Source of the DNA: Methanomethylovorans hollandica DSM 15978
Lineage (GTDB): Archaea > Halobacteriota > Methanosarcinia > Methanosarcinales > Methanosarcinaceae
Reading direction: 5' to 3'
DNA length: 64,000 bases
Assembly: GCF_000328665.1 (NCBI RefSeq)
Contig: NC_019977.1
Location: forward strand, 1,666,011-1,730,010
Under the pieces are notes generated by a model. That model searched no databases, was not told the origin of the DNA, and worked only from the letters and a program-made list of their open reading frames with translations. Numbering within the stretch: position 1 is the first letter of the stretch; every line of letters starts with the position of its first letter. Below, piece by piece: positions 40,939-50,156 of the stretch. A program made the position numbers and the translations under genes.

Positions 40939-43584
40939 ATGGGAGAAAAAAGATGGTGTGCCATTCCAGCTGAGGATGTCTTTTCGTTGATCGGAAGCGA
41001 TCAGGATGGCCTAAGCGATCAGGAGGCCAGTATAAGGCTTGCGAGGGACGGATACAATGAGGTGACGTCCAAGAAAGAACATGGCCCTATCTATCGTTTT
41101 CTTAAGCAGTTCGCGAGCCCTCTTATCTATCTGCTGCTGATAGCTGCGGTCATCACTCTGTTCCTTGGGAAGTATGCAGATGCTGTGGTCATTGTATTGG
41201 TGGTACTGGCAAATGCTATAATCGGTTTCATACAGGAAGGCAAGGCGCAAAATGCTCTGGAATCATTAGCTAAGTTACTGGTACCTGAAGCACGGGTATT
41301 AAGGGATGGTGTCAGCAAGGTATTGCCAAGCAGGGAGCTTGTGGTAGGAGATGTGGTGCTGCTGGAATCAGGAGACAGGGTCCCTGCAGACCTGCGCCTG
41401 TTCTATGTGAAGAACCTGAGGGCAGATGAAGCGATCCTCACAGGAGAGTCATTACCTGTGGAAAAGAACGCCTCCGCCATTGATAGTGATTGTGTTTCCT
41501 ATGGTGATCAGAAGAACGTATCTTTTGCCGGCACCCTCATTTCACAGGGCCAGGGAAGGGGTATCGTTGTGGCAACAGGTAATGACACACAGATAGGCAG
41601 GATCTCCAAATTTATCAGGGAAAGCAAGGAGATCTCAACTCCCCTGCTGCGTAAGATGGCACGGCTCAGCCTCATCCTTTCAGTTGTGATCGTAGCTATT
41701 GCGACACTTACCTTTGCTGTGGGTCTTTTGCAAGGATATGATACCGTAGAAGTATTCATGGCGTCGGTTAGTCTTGCAGTCGCTGCTATTCCCGAAGGGT
41801 TGCCTGCAGTCATTACCATTTCCATGGCCATAGGTGTCAACAGGATGGCAGCAAGGAACACGATCATCCGTACGGTACCTGCGGTAGAGACCCTGGGAAG
41901 TGCTACTGTTATCTGCACTGACAAGACCGGTACTCTCACCAGGAATCAAATGACAGTGACACAGGTATACGCTGCAGGCAAGACTTATACTATAACAGGT
42001 ACGGGTTATTCACCTGAAGGTGATTTCCTACTGGATGAGATCAAAGTTGATCCGCTTCAGGATAAAGCCCTTGTGGAAACCCTTAAGGCGGGTGTGCTCT
42101 GCAATGACGCTTCTTTCAAAGGGACAGATAACATAGATGGTGACCCTACGGAAGGTGCACTACTCGTTTCCGGCCTTAAGGCCGGTAAGTTCCATATTCC
42201 CCGCAAGGACGTAGTTCCCTTTGAGCCGGAACAAAGGTTCATGGCCACACTGCATGAAAAGGAAGACGGTTCACGGATAATATATGTAAAAGGTTCCCCT
42301 GAAACGGTCCTTGACATGTGTGTCTCACAGTTTGACGGAAATTACCTTGTTCCTGTAGATACGGAAGGTATTATGCAGGCTGCCGAGCAGATGGCCTCAG
42401 AGGCGCTGAGAGTTCTGGCTATGGCTTACAGGGATGTTCCTAAGGATGTAGCGGGCATTGAAGCAGAGGATATAGGAGATCTTGTATTTGTAGGACTGCA
42501 GGGCATGATGGACCCCCCAAGAGATGATGTGATGGAGGCCATAGCAAAATGCAAAACTGCAGGCATTCGAGTAATAATGATCACAGGAGACCATTTGAAA
42601 ACTGCCTCTGCCATTGCAAAAAAAATAGGAATAGAATCATCAGGTGCTCTATCTGGAGGCGATATGGAGAAAATGTCAGATGAGCATCTGAGCGAAAAAT
42701 TGGATTATGTTTCGGTGTTTGCACGCACCTCTCCGGAAGATAAGTTAAGAATAGTAAAGTTACTACAGAAAAAAGGTGAGGTCGTGGCTGTAACAGGGGA
42801 CGGGATAAACGATGCTCCTGCCCTTAAAACAGCGGATATCGGCATAGCCATGGGCCAGACAGGCACAGAGGTGGCAAAAGAGGCTTCTGATATGGTACTA
42901 GCAGATGACCACTTTTCGTCCATTGTAGCCGCTATCGAAGAAGGCAGAGATGTCTACAGCAAGATCCAGAAGATCATATTATGGACACTGCCTACGAACG
43001 GTGGACAGGGATTATCCATAGTGATAGCGGTGTTGCTGGGGATCACATTGCCCCTGGTGCCCCTGCAGATCCTATGGCTCAATACGGTGACAGCTATCGG
43101 ACTTGGTGTTCCCATCACTATGGAGCCAAAGGAAAGGGGCATACTGAAAAGGCCGCCAAGGCCACCTAAGGAATCTATCCTCGTTCCTCTGATCAAGAGA
43201 AGGATCATATTTGTATCCTTGCTGATAGTTGCTGGTGCCTACCTTACATTCTTCCTGAAGATGGGAAGAGATGGGGATCTTACTGCAGCACGTACTGTTG
43301 CTTTGAATACGATAGTGTTCTTCCAGATATTCTATCTGTTCAACTCCAAGTCAATGTATGAGTATGTCTACAAGGATCTGCTATCTAACAAGTACATGCT
43401 GCTGGGTATTGGTATAGTTGTGTTGCTCCAGTTGCTGATAACTTATAATGGCGCTCTGAACTCTATATTTTCCACAGCGCCTCTTCTGGCCGTGGACTGG
43501 CTGATGATCATAGCGGTTTCCAGTACAGTCTTCTTCCTCATAGAGCTTGAAAAATATCTGTACAAGAAGCACTATATCTCATAA
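40939..43584 (+). CDS. Cation-transporting P-type ATPase (type IIA, Ca2+-like)
   Basis: [43 protein letters not shown]. Start reset to ATG 40939. Confidence 0.93.
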   Translation: MGEKRWCAIPAEDVFSLIGSDQDGLSDQEASIRLARDGYNEVTSKKEHGPIYRFLKQFASPLIYLLLIAAVITLFLGKYADAVVIVLVVLANAIIGFIQEGKAQNALESLAKLLVPEARVLRDGVSKVLPSRELVVGDVVLLESGDRVPADLRLFYVKNLRADEAILTGESLPVEKNASAIDSDCVSYGDQKNVSFAGTLISQGQGRGIVVATGNDTQIGRISKFIRESKEISTPLLRKMARLSLILSVVIVAIATLTFAVGLLQGYDTVEVFMASVSLAVAAIPEGLPAVITISMAIGVNRMAARNTIIRTVPAVETLGSATVICTDKTGTLTRNQMTVTQVYAAGKTYTITGTGYSPEGDFLLDEIKVDPLQDKALVETLKAGVLCNDASFKGTDNIDGDPTEGALLVSGLKAGKFHIPRKDVVPFEPEQRFMATLHEKEDGSRIIYVKGSPETVLDMCVSQFDGNYLVPVDTEGIMQAAEQMASEALRVLAMAYRDVPKDVAGIEAEDIGDLVFVGLQGMMDPPRDDVMEAIAKCKTAGIRVIMITGDHLKTASAIAKKIGIESSGALSGGDMEKMSDEHLSEKLDYVSVFARTSPEDKLRIVKLLQKKGEVVAVTGDGINDAPALKTADIGIAMGQTGTEVAKEASDMVLADDHFSSIVAAIEEGRDVYSKIQKIILWTLPTNGGQGLSIVIAVLLGITLPLVPLQILWLNTVTAIGLGVPITMEPKERGILKRPPRPPKESILVPLIKRRIIFVSLLIVAGAYLTFFLKMGRDGDLTAARTVALNTIVFFQIFYLFNSKSMYEYVYKDLLSNKYMLLGIGIVVLLQLLITYNGALNSIFSTAPLLAVDWLMIIAVSSTVFFLIELEKYLYKKHYIS

Positions 43585-43640
43585 AGTATAACCGATACAT
43601 TTATATATAAATTTTTATTTATATTTTTTTTGGTGAAATA

Positions 43641-43769
43641 ATGGCTGAGATCAACCAGTCTATGGTGTATTTCAAATGCAGCTCATGCGATTATGTCTTT
43701 GAGTCAGACCCTGAATTTTTCGGGGTAACTTGCCCACAGTGCGGAGGCAAGAATACTTATCGTATCTGA
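43641..43769 (+). CDS. 42-aa CxxC...CPxCG zinc-finger microprotein
   Basis: Below the ORF-track cutoff: MAEINQSMVYFKCSSCDYVFESDPEFFGVTCPQCGGKNTYRI; GGTGA RBS and tttatata box upstream. Confidence 0.8.
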   Translation: MAEINQSMVYFKCSSCDYVFESDPEFFGVTCPQCGGKNTYRI

Positions 43770-43815
43770 GCAGTTATGTATAATAATAAGTCCTGTCTTT
43801 ATTGACACTCATTGA

Positions 43816-44433
43816 ATGAAAGGCAAACTAATTACTTTAGAGGGCATCGATGGCTCCGGTAAGTCTACTATATGCAGGTTACTGCAGGATGACCTCGGAT
43901 TTGAGGGTTGTATCTTCACCCGGGAGCCTACTACAAGCTGGTTTGGTGATGCTGTAAACCGTGCCCTTCGCAGCGATACGGACCATATAGCGGAACTCAT
44001 GCTCTTTCTGGCAGACCATGCTGATCATATTTCCAGGCTTATTCGCCCTTCCCTTGAGAATGGGGACAATATTATATCAGACCGTTATTCTGCAAGCAGG
44101 TGTGCCTACCAGGGAGCTACACTTCAGGATATTTTTGAAGATCCACTTGACTGGGTGCGCTTTCTGCATAAAGGCTGGACCATCGATCCTGATCTGATAA
44201 TTCTTTTTGATATCGATCCGGAAGTGGCTGTAAAGCGCTGCGGCGACCGTGGGGAACGCTCGAAGTTCGAGAAGATGGAGTTCCTGAAAAAAGTACGCAG
44301 CAATTATCTGCGCCTTGCAGCAGAAGAGCCCGGAAGGTTCGTTGTGGTCAATGCGGACAGACCCTTAAATGAAGTACAAGAAGAAGTATTCAGGATCATT
44401 GCACATGCAGTAGGAACCGGGAATAAAGAGTGA
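43816..44433 (+). CDS. tmk: Thymidylate kinase
   Basis: ITLEGIDGSGKST, TREP, ISDRY..S..AYQG. Confidence 0.95.
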   Translation: MKGKLITLEGIDGSGKSTICRLLQDDLGFEGCIFTREPTTSWFGDAVNRALRSDTDHIAELMLFLADHADHISRLIRPSLENGDNIISDRYSASRCAYQGATLQDIFEDPLDWVRFLHKGWTIDPDLIILFDIDPEVAVKRCGDRGERSKFEKMEFLKKVRSNYLRLAAEEPGRFVVVNADRPLNEVQEEVFRIIAHAVGTGNKE

Positions 44434-44495
44434 AAAAATATTAAAAATCGTTTTTCGTTTGAAAGTGCTTTTTTTCCTTTTCCCGGCTCTAAGGA

Positions 44496-44771
44496 TCACA
44501 GATCGTTCGCATCAGCGAACTTGATAAGGGTTTCTCCCAGGTCCCTTATATATTTGGGATTGAGGTTGAAACGGCTCCTTTTCTGGCCGGCTCGTTCTTT
44601 TGCTATCTCTACATATTCATTGTCATATTTCTCACTTTTAGCAAGGCCAATAGTGAGGAACCATCCTCCTCCCATTTTGATCTCTGCAAAGCCTTCTTCT
44701 ATTGTTATCTCAGATTTGGTATCTGATGTAGTATCGATCTCTTCCAAGTACGTCACCTTTATTCTCGTCAT
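44496..44771 (-). CDS. Hypothetical protein, translationally coupled to the HisA-like gene
   Basis: 91 aa; ATGA overlap with the upstream stop. Confidence 0.7.
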   Translation of the reverse strand: MTRIKVTYLEEIDTTSDTKSEITIEEGFAEIKMGGGWFLTIGLAKSEKYDNEYVEIAKERAGQKRSRFNLNPKYIRDLGETLIKFADANDL

Positions 44772-45478
44772 TGCTGTGCCATGTACAGCGGTATTGAACC
44801 GTTATGCAATGCAGTTGCCACAAGGGCACCCTTTATGCCTATACTTTCAAGCTTGTCGATATCATGGATATCTTTCACACCGCCGCCAAGCAACACATCG
44901 TGATGGGAGATGGAGACAATATTACTTAAGAATTGTGAATCCACTCCGCTTGATGTGCCTACTCTGTCCATGTCAAGGACAATGATATTCCGTATATCGA
45001 GAGCATTGAGCTCATGCACGATGTCAGTAGGCTCTTGAGGCATGTGGGGATCGGATGTAAGTACTTTCCCATGCTTTTTATCAATGCTGACATTCACTTT
45101 CCCTGGAAGGAGAGCTGCAACTTCTTTTATTGTCTGAAAGGATGATGTTTCGGTTCCAAGGATGATGCCATCTGCAAGGGAACTTGCCTCTATTGCTTCT
45201 TCAACTGAGGAAATGCCCGGGTCAAGCATTGTAGTGACCCTGGAGGATATTTGCCTGATCACCGGGAAGTTGGTATTGTGATGCCCTGCTCCCTGCAGTA
45301 TATTAAGGTCTGCGATGTAAACTTCTTTTGGATTTATTTCTTCTATGAGCTTTATGGGCTCTGAGGTGGTACAGATGTGGCTCGTAAGATGCACTGGACG
45401 ATAGTTCTTCCGATCCCCGCCCTGAGCATGAACCACATTTATATTATATAAATCTAGTACAAAAACGATACGAAACAT
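44768..45478 (-). CDS. HisA/HisF-related TIM-barrel protein
   Basis: FVLDL....VVHA.GG.R..Y.P, YIADLN, LGTET, LDMDRVGT..G, GGGV, LVATALH.G. Confidence 0.85.
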   Translation of the reverse strand: MFRIVFVLDLYNINVVHAQGGDRKNYRPVHLTSHICTTSEPIKLIEEINPKEVYIADLNILQGAGHHNTNFPVIRQISSRVTTMLDPGISSVEEAIEASSLADGIILGTETSSFQTIKEVAALLPGKVNVSIDKKHGKVLTSDPHMPQEPTDIVHELNALDIRNIIVLDMDRVGTSSGVDSQFLSNIVSISHHDVLLGGGVKDIHDIDKLESIGIKGALVATALHNGSIPLYMAQQ

Positions 45479-45525
45479 ATATTAACTGATAAACATTCTC
45501 ATGCTATAAAATAGAGGTTATTATC

Positions 45526-46224
45526 ATGAAATTACTAGTCAGCCCAATAAACAAAGAAGAGGCAATCGCTGCACACAATGGTGGTGCTGACATCATTGAT
45601 GTAAAGAATCCCAAAGAGGGTTCTCTGGGCGCCAACTTCCCCTGGGTTATCAGATCAGTGAAAGAGGCTATCGGATCTGAAAAACCCATCAGTGCAACGA
45701 TTGGGGATTTCAATTACAAACCGGGCACTGCATCCCTGGCAGCTTTGGGTGCTGCTGCTGCAGGCGCTCAATATGTGAAGGTTGGTCTCTTCGATGTCCG
45801 GACCGAAGATCAGGCTCTTGAGATGCTTACCAACATTAACAGAGCGGTCAAGGATTATGATCCATCCAAAAAAGTTGTTGCATCCGGTTACTCGGATTAT
45901 AAGCGCATAAACTCTATTTCTCCTTTTCTGCTCCCGGCCATCGGTGCGAAAGCCGGAGTGGACGTGGTGATGGTCGATACTGGTATAAAAGATGGCCGGT
46001 CCACCTTTGAATTCATGTCCGAGGAAGAGCTCATGAGATTTACAGGCTCTATCCGTGATGTTGGTCTGGAATCTGCTCTTGCAGGCACTCTCAAGTTCGA
46101 AGACCTCCCTGTGCTCAGGCGCATCCGGCCAGACATCATTGGCATTCGTGGCATGGTATGTGGCGGGGACCGTACTGCCTGTATTCAGCAGGAACTTGTT
46201 GAAAAACTCAAAAATATGATTTGA
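45526..46224 (+). CDS. mfnB: (5-formylfuran-3-yl)methyl phosphate synthase, methanofuran biosynthesis
   Basis: MKLLVSP, GADIIDVKNPKEGSLGANFPWVI, MVDTGIKDG, IIGIRG.VCGG. Confidence 0.93.
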   Translation: MKLLVSPINKEEAIAAHNGGADIIDVKNPKEGSLGANFPWVIRSVKEAIGSEKPISATIGDFNYKPGTASLAALGAAAAGAQYVKVGLFDVRTEDQALEMLTNINRAVKDYDPSKKVVASGYSDYKRINSISPFLLPAIGAKAGVDVVMVDTGIKDGRSTFEFMSEEELMRFTGSIRDVGLESALAGTLKFEDLPVLRRIRPDIIGIRGMVCGGDRTACIQQELVEKLKNMI

Positions 46225-46483
46225 ACAGTTCCGGTATTTCCGGATATTTTCTACTTTTGTCTTCTCTTTATTTTCGATTTTTTATTTTTATTTATTTTAT
46301 TATTTTAAGAAATGGTCATTCGATCACAACCAGTATCTGATAAGTATTGGCCCCACGGATAAGCTCCATATATGCCCATGATATTGTAGTGCCATCATTT
46401 CTACAAGGGAATTCAGAAAGTTTAAATATGTTCTTAATAGTATGCTTCGTAAAAATGAACAATGTGTTTGGAGAGGTGGAAGG

Positions 46484-47440
46484 ATGAGATCGGATTCATC
46501 TAAAACAGTGCTCGTTACGGGCGGTGCCGGGTTTATAGGCAGTCATGTTGTGGACAGGCTCTTGGACGACGGCCACAATGTGGTTGTTTTCGATAACATG
46601 ACCTCCGGTAAAATGGAATTTATTGCACATCATTTAAATGATCCGCGTTTCAGGTTCATCAATGGGGATATGCTCCAGCCGGAGCAGATTCAACAGGCAT
46701 GTAATGGCGTTGATCAGGTATTTCACCTGGCAGCCAATCCTGATGTAAGGATCGGGGTTTCTGACACCCGGATGCATTTGGATCAGAATGTTCTGGCCAC
46801 ATACAACCTTCTGGACGCCATGCGCAAGCAACATGTGAAGGAAATAGCTTTCACTTCTTCCTCCACTATCTATGGAGAGGCACACATCATTCCAACCCAG
46901 GAGAACTATGGTCCATTGATCCCAATTTCTATGTACGGTGCTTCCAAACTTGCCTGCGAGGCGATGATCACTGCCTACTGCCATACATTTGATATGAGAT
47001 CCTGGATATTCAGATTTGCAAATATAATAGGTGACCGTGGCACCCATGGTATCATAGTGGACTTTATCTATAAGCTTAAAATGGACCCTGCTCACCTGGA
47101 GATCTTGGGTGACGGGAAACAATCCAAGTCCTATCTTCACGTAAGGGAATGTGCGGACGCCATGATGCTTGTTGTCCTTAAAGGCATCGACCAGGTCAAT
47201 ATCTTTAACATCGGCTCCGAAGATGTCATCTCAGCCACCCGTATCGGTGAAATCGTAGCTGACGAGATGGGACTGCATCCGAAACTCCTGTACACAGGAG
47301 GATCTCAGGGATGGAAAGGCGATGTGCCAAAAATGATGCTGTCTATCGAAAAATTAAAAGCACTGGGATGGAAACCCGGTATGGGTAGCGAAGAGAACGT
47401 GAGAAAGACTGTTGTATCCTTGCTTGAAACTATGGAATAG
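46484..47440 (+). CDS. NAD-dependent epimerase/dehydratase (UDP-glucose 4-epimerase-like)
   Basis: VTGGAGFIGSH, HLAANPDV, YGASK, GWKGDVP. Confidence 0.9.
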   Translation: MRSDSSKTVLVTGGAGFIGSHVVDRLLDDGHNVVVFDNMTSGKMEFIAHHLNDPRFRFINGDMLQPEQIQQACNGVDQVFHLAANPDVRIGVSDTRMHLDQNVLATYNLLDAMRKQHVKEIAFTSSSTIYGEAHIIPTQENYGPLIPISMYGASKLACEAMITAYCHTFDMRSWIFRFANIIGDRGTHGIIVDFIYKLKMDPAHLEILGDGKQSKSYLHVRECADAMMLVVLKGIDQVNIFNIGSEDVISATRIGEIVADEMGLHPKLLYTGGSQGWKGDVPKMMLSIEKLKALGWKPGMGSEENVRKTVVSLLETME

Positions 47441-47522
47441 ACCGAGTCAAAGAATTTTTTAATAGAGATCACATAAGCACAAACATATGTATAAACATTA
47501 GAGATGTATATTATATAATAAT

Positions 47523-47768
47523 ATGACTATTTATGCCAGGCTTGTCAGTGATCGTAAAATACAACTTCCGGAATGTGTGATCCAAAAAATGGATCTATCA
47601 GTGAACGATGAGATTATTGTGCAAATCGAAGACAACAAATTGATCCTTACCAAAAAAGAAGAAAATCAGACAAATCTTTTTGATGGATCACATGAAGACA
47701 TCTGGAACAATACTGATGGCGAAGAGTATTTGAAAGATGAAGGCAATGGCGCGGATAATAGCAGCTAA
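47523..47768 (+). CDS. AbrB/MazE-family DNA-binding protein (antitoxin-like)
   Basis: KIQLPECVIQKMDLSVNDEIIVQIEDNKLILTK swapped-hairpin pattern with an acidic tail. Confidence 0.7.
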   Translation: MTIYARLVSDRKIQLPECVIQKMDLSVNDEIIVQIEDNKLILTKKEENQTNLFDGSHEDIWNNTDGEEYLKDEGNGADNSS

Positions 47769-47772
47769 TGAA

Positions 47773-48114
47773 CTACAGAATATCAGTATTCTGATCGCTT
47801 TTACACTGATAATTGCAACCGGAACCTGATTCTCGTAGCATTGTACAAATACCACAAATGCGCTGTGAGAGATCTTGACCCTTGCCATTGCTCAAGTCCT
47901 GAGCAATTGATCTGATAGCGATTTTTACATCATCTTCGAACTCTATTCGATATCCTCTCTTCTTGGAAATGTACTGAGAAATTGCAGATGGAGCCATGTC
48001 CAGCAGACGGGCAGTTTCCTGCTGAGAAACTCCAAGCTTTACCAGCTCTTCAGCTATAGCTGCTCTTATAGCTGGCAGTACATCCCACACTATAGTTTGG
48101 CAAGGTAACTTCAT
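47773..48114 (-). CDS. Archaeal HTH transcriptional regulator (COG2522-like)
   Basis: PC..IVWDVLPAIRA.IA.EL, SQQETARLL...SAISQY..KKRG, IC.IC. Confidence 0.85.
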   Translation of the reverse strand: MKLPCQTIVWDVLPAIRAAIAEELVKLGVSQQETARLLDMAPSAISQYISKKRGYRIEFEDDVKIAIRSIAQDLSNGKGQDLSQRICGICTMLRESGSGCNYQCKSDQNTDIL

Positions 48115-48430
48115 CAAAGTATAATTTGTACCTTTAGATTAAATCATTGTGGCCATATAGACACTTTCAGTTATAGATGCATATAGTAAGTAAAAGAGCT
48201 GTACTATTTAATATACATATATATATAAATAGCAGTATACTATACAACAACTTACTTAATAAATAAGAGCCTTATGTATGCTTTACTGAGGACTAAGTGA
48301 ATTATAAAGAAACATTTATATTGCTTTGCATGGATAGATATTTAGATAATATGCACATAGCGATACTAGGCGAATGTGAGGTTTACGATAAGTATGCCAC
48401 CTTCCGGCTTTTAATGCGGGGGCTAAATAG

Positions 48431-50005
48431 TTGACCATAGTTGCTGTAATTCCTGCTTATAATGAAGAAGTGTATCTGCGTGATATCATCAAAAAAGCAA
48501 GATCTTATGTTGATGAGATCATAGTTGTGGATGATTGTAGTGACGATGCCACTGCATTCATTGCCACCAGTATGGATATCACTCTTGTACGGCATGATAA
48601 ATCCCTTGGCAGGGCAGAGGCTTTAAAAACTGGTTTTCATGAGGCATATAAACTTAATCCAAAGATCATTGTAACCCTTTATGCAAACGGATGCCATAAT
48701 CCTGATGAGATACCCAAACTTCTGGAGCCGATCTTCTGGTTACAATCTGATGTTGCTACCGGTGAATTGAAAGGCCATGAATGCATACCTGTGATCCTTA
48801 TCGATAAAAATGGAAAAAATCAACAGGCAGCTATAGAGGAAGTATGTGATATTTCTGGAAACCGGTTTGCAGGATTCAGTGCTTTTTCATCCAATACCTT
48901 TAATGTTCTTAAGTTCAATGAAACAAATTTTCCTGTCGAATTCTCTCTGCTCAAAGACGTACAGGATGCGGGTCTTGATGTAAAAGGTGTGGAAGTATCG
49001 ATTTTTGTCAGTGATGAATATGCTGTTCTCCATGAACGCAAGATAGGCGTGGTTATTCCCGCCTACAACGAAGAAAAACTTATCAGGATCACAGTGGAAA
49101 GCATTCCTCCATATGTTTCGAGGATATTTGTGATCAATGATGCAAGCACTGATTCGACCGCAAAGGTGCTGGAGTCTATTAAAGATCCACGGTTGCATGT
49201 CATCACACATGAAACAAATCAGGGCGTGGGTGCGGCTATTTTGCATGGGTATAAGCGCGCTCTGAAAGAGAACATGGAAATTGTCGTGGTCATGGGGGGA
49301 GATAACCAGATGAACCCAGACCAGCTCCCTAAACTACTCATGCCTATTGTTCAGGGCAAGGCAGATTATACCAAAGGCAATCGTCTTATGAGCAAGGAAT
49401 TCAGGGGTGGGATGAGCAAATGGCGTTTGTTAGGTAATTCCGTTCTTACCATGATCAATAAGATCAGCAGCGGATACTGGCACATCATGGACCCTCAGAA
49501 TGGTTATACAGCGATCTCCAGAAAGGCTCTCTCTGGTATTGATATTGACACTCTGTTCACTTACTACGGATACTGTAATGATATGCTTGTGAAACTCAAT
49601 ACATTTGGTTTCCGTACAATGGATATCACAATGCCTGCCCGCTACGGTCAGGAAAAATCTTCCATCAAGTACAGTAGATTCATGTTCCGTGTTTCCGTTA
49701 TGCTTTTCAGGAAATTCCTGTGGCGTCTTAAGATGAAGTACATGATATTGAGTTTCCATCCTTTGGTGTTCTTCTATACTCTCGGAATGATACTGGTACC
49801 TCTGGGTTTGCTCTTCGGGAGCTACATCTTTGTAGCCAAATTGTTACTCGGGTGGCCAGTGTCACCGAATTCCCCATTGCTGGATGCCCTGTTGCTGATC
49901 ACTGGAATACAGTTCACATTGTTTGCTATGCTGTTTGACATGCAGGAATCCGATAAATCTATGCAAGGCGGTGAAACAGATGTACGGAGTGTATCCTGGA
50001 ACTAA
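48431..50005 (+). CDS. Tandem-domain GT2 glycosyltransferase with C-terminal TM helices
   Basis: IPAYNEE occurs twice; VVDD.S.D and IND.STD; DPQNGYTAIS; TTG start. Confidence 0.88.
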   Translation: MTIVAVIPAYNEEVYLRDIIKKARSYVDEIIVVDDCSDDATAFIATSMDITLVRHDKSLGRAEALKTGFHEAYKLNPKIIVTLYANGCHNPDEIPKLLEPIFWLQSDVATGELKGHECIPVILIDKNGKNQQAAIEEVCDISGNRFAGFSAFSSNTFNVLKFNETNFPVEFSLLKDVQDAGLDVKGVEVSIFVSDEYAVLHERKIGVVIPAYNEEKLIRITVESIPPYVSRIFVINDASTDSTAKVLESIKDPRLHVITHETNQGVGAAILHGYKRALKENMEIVVVMGGDNQMNPDQLPKLLMPIVQGKADYTKGNRLMSKEFRGGMSKWRLLGNSVLTMINKISSGYWHIMDPQNGYTAISRKALSGIDIDTLFTYYGYCNDMLVKLNTFGFRTMDITMPARYGQEKSSIKYSRFMFRVSVMLFRKFLWRLKMKYMILSFHPLVFFYTLGMILVPLGLLFGSYIFVAKLLLGWPVSPNSPLLDALLLITGIQFTLFAMLFDMQESDKSMQGGETDVRSVSWN

Positions 50006-50156
50006 TCACGCATCCTATTTTCATTTAGAATGATGGTTAAGACAAATACGATAAATTCCGTTACAATAATACTAAGAGATGATCATACTCAAACGTACAG
50101 GGCCTACAGGCGGAAAAACCAATTCAATCTAAATATTTTGCTAGCGGTGATATCTG

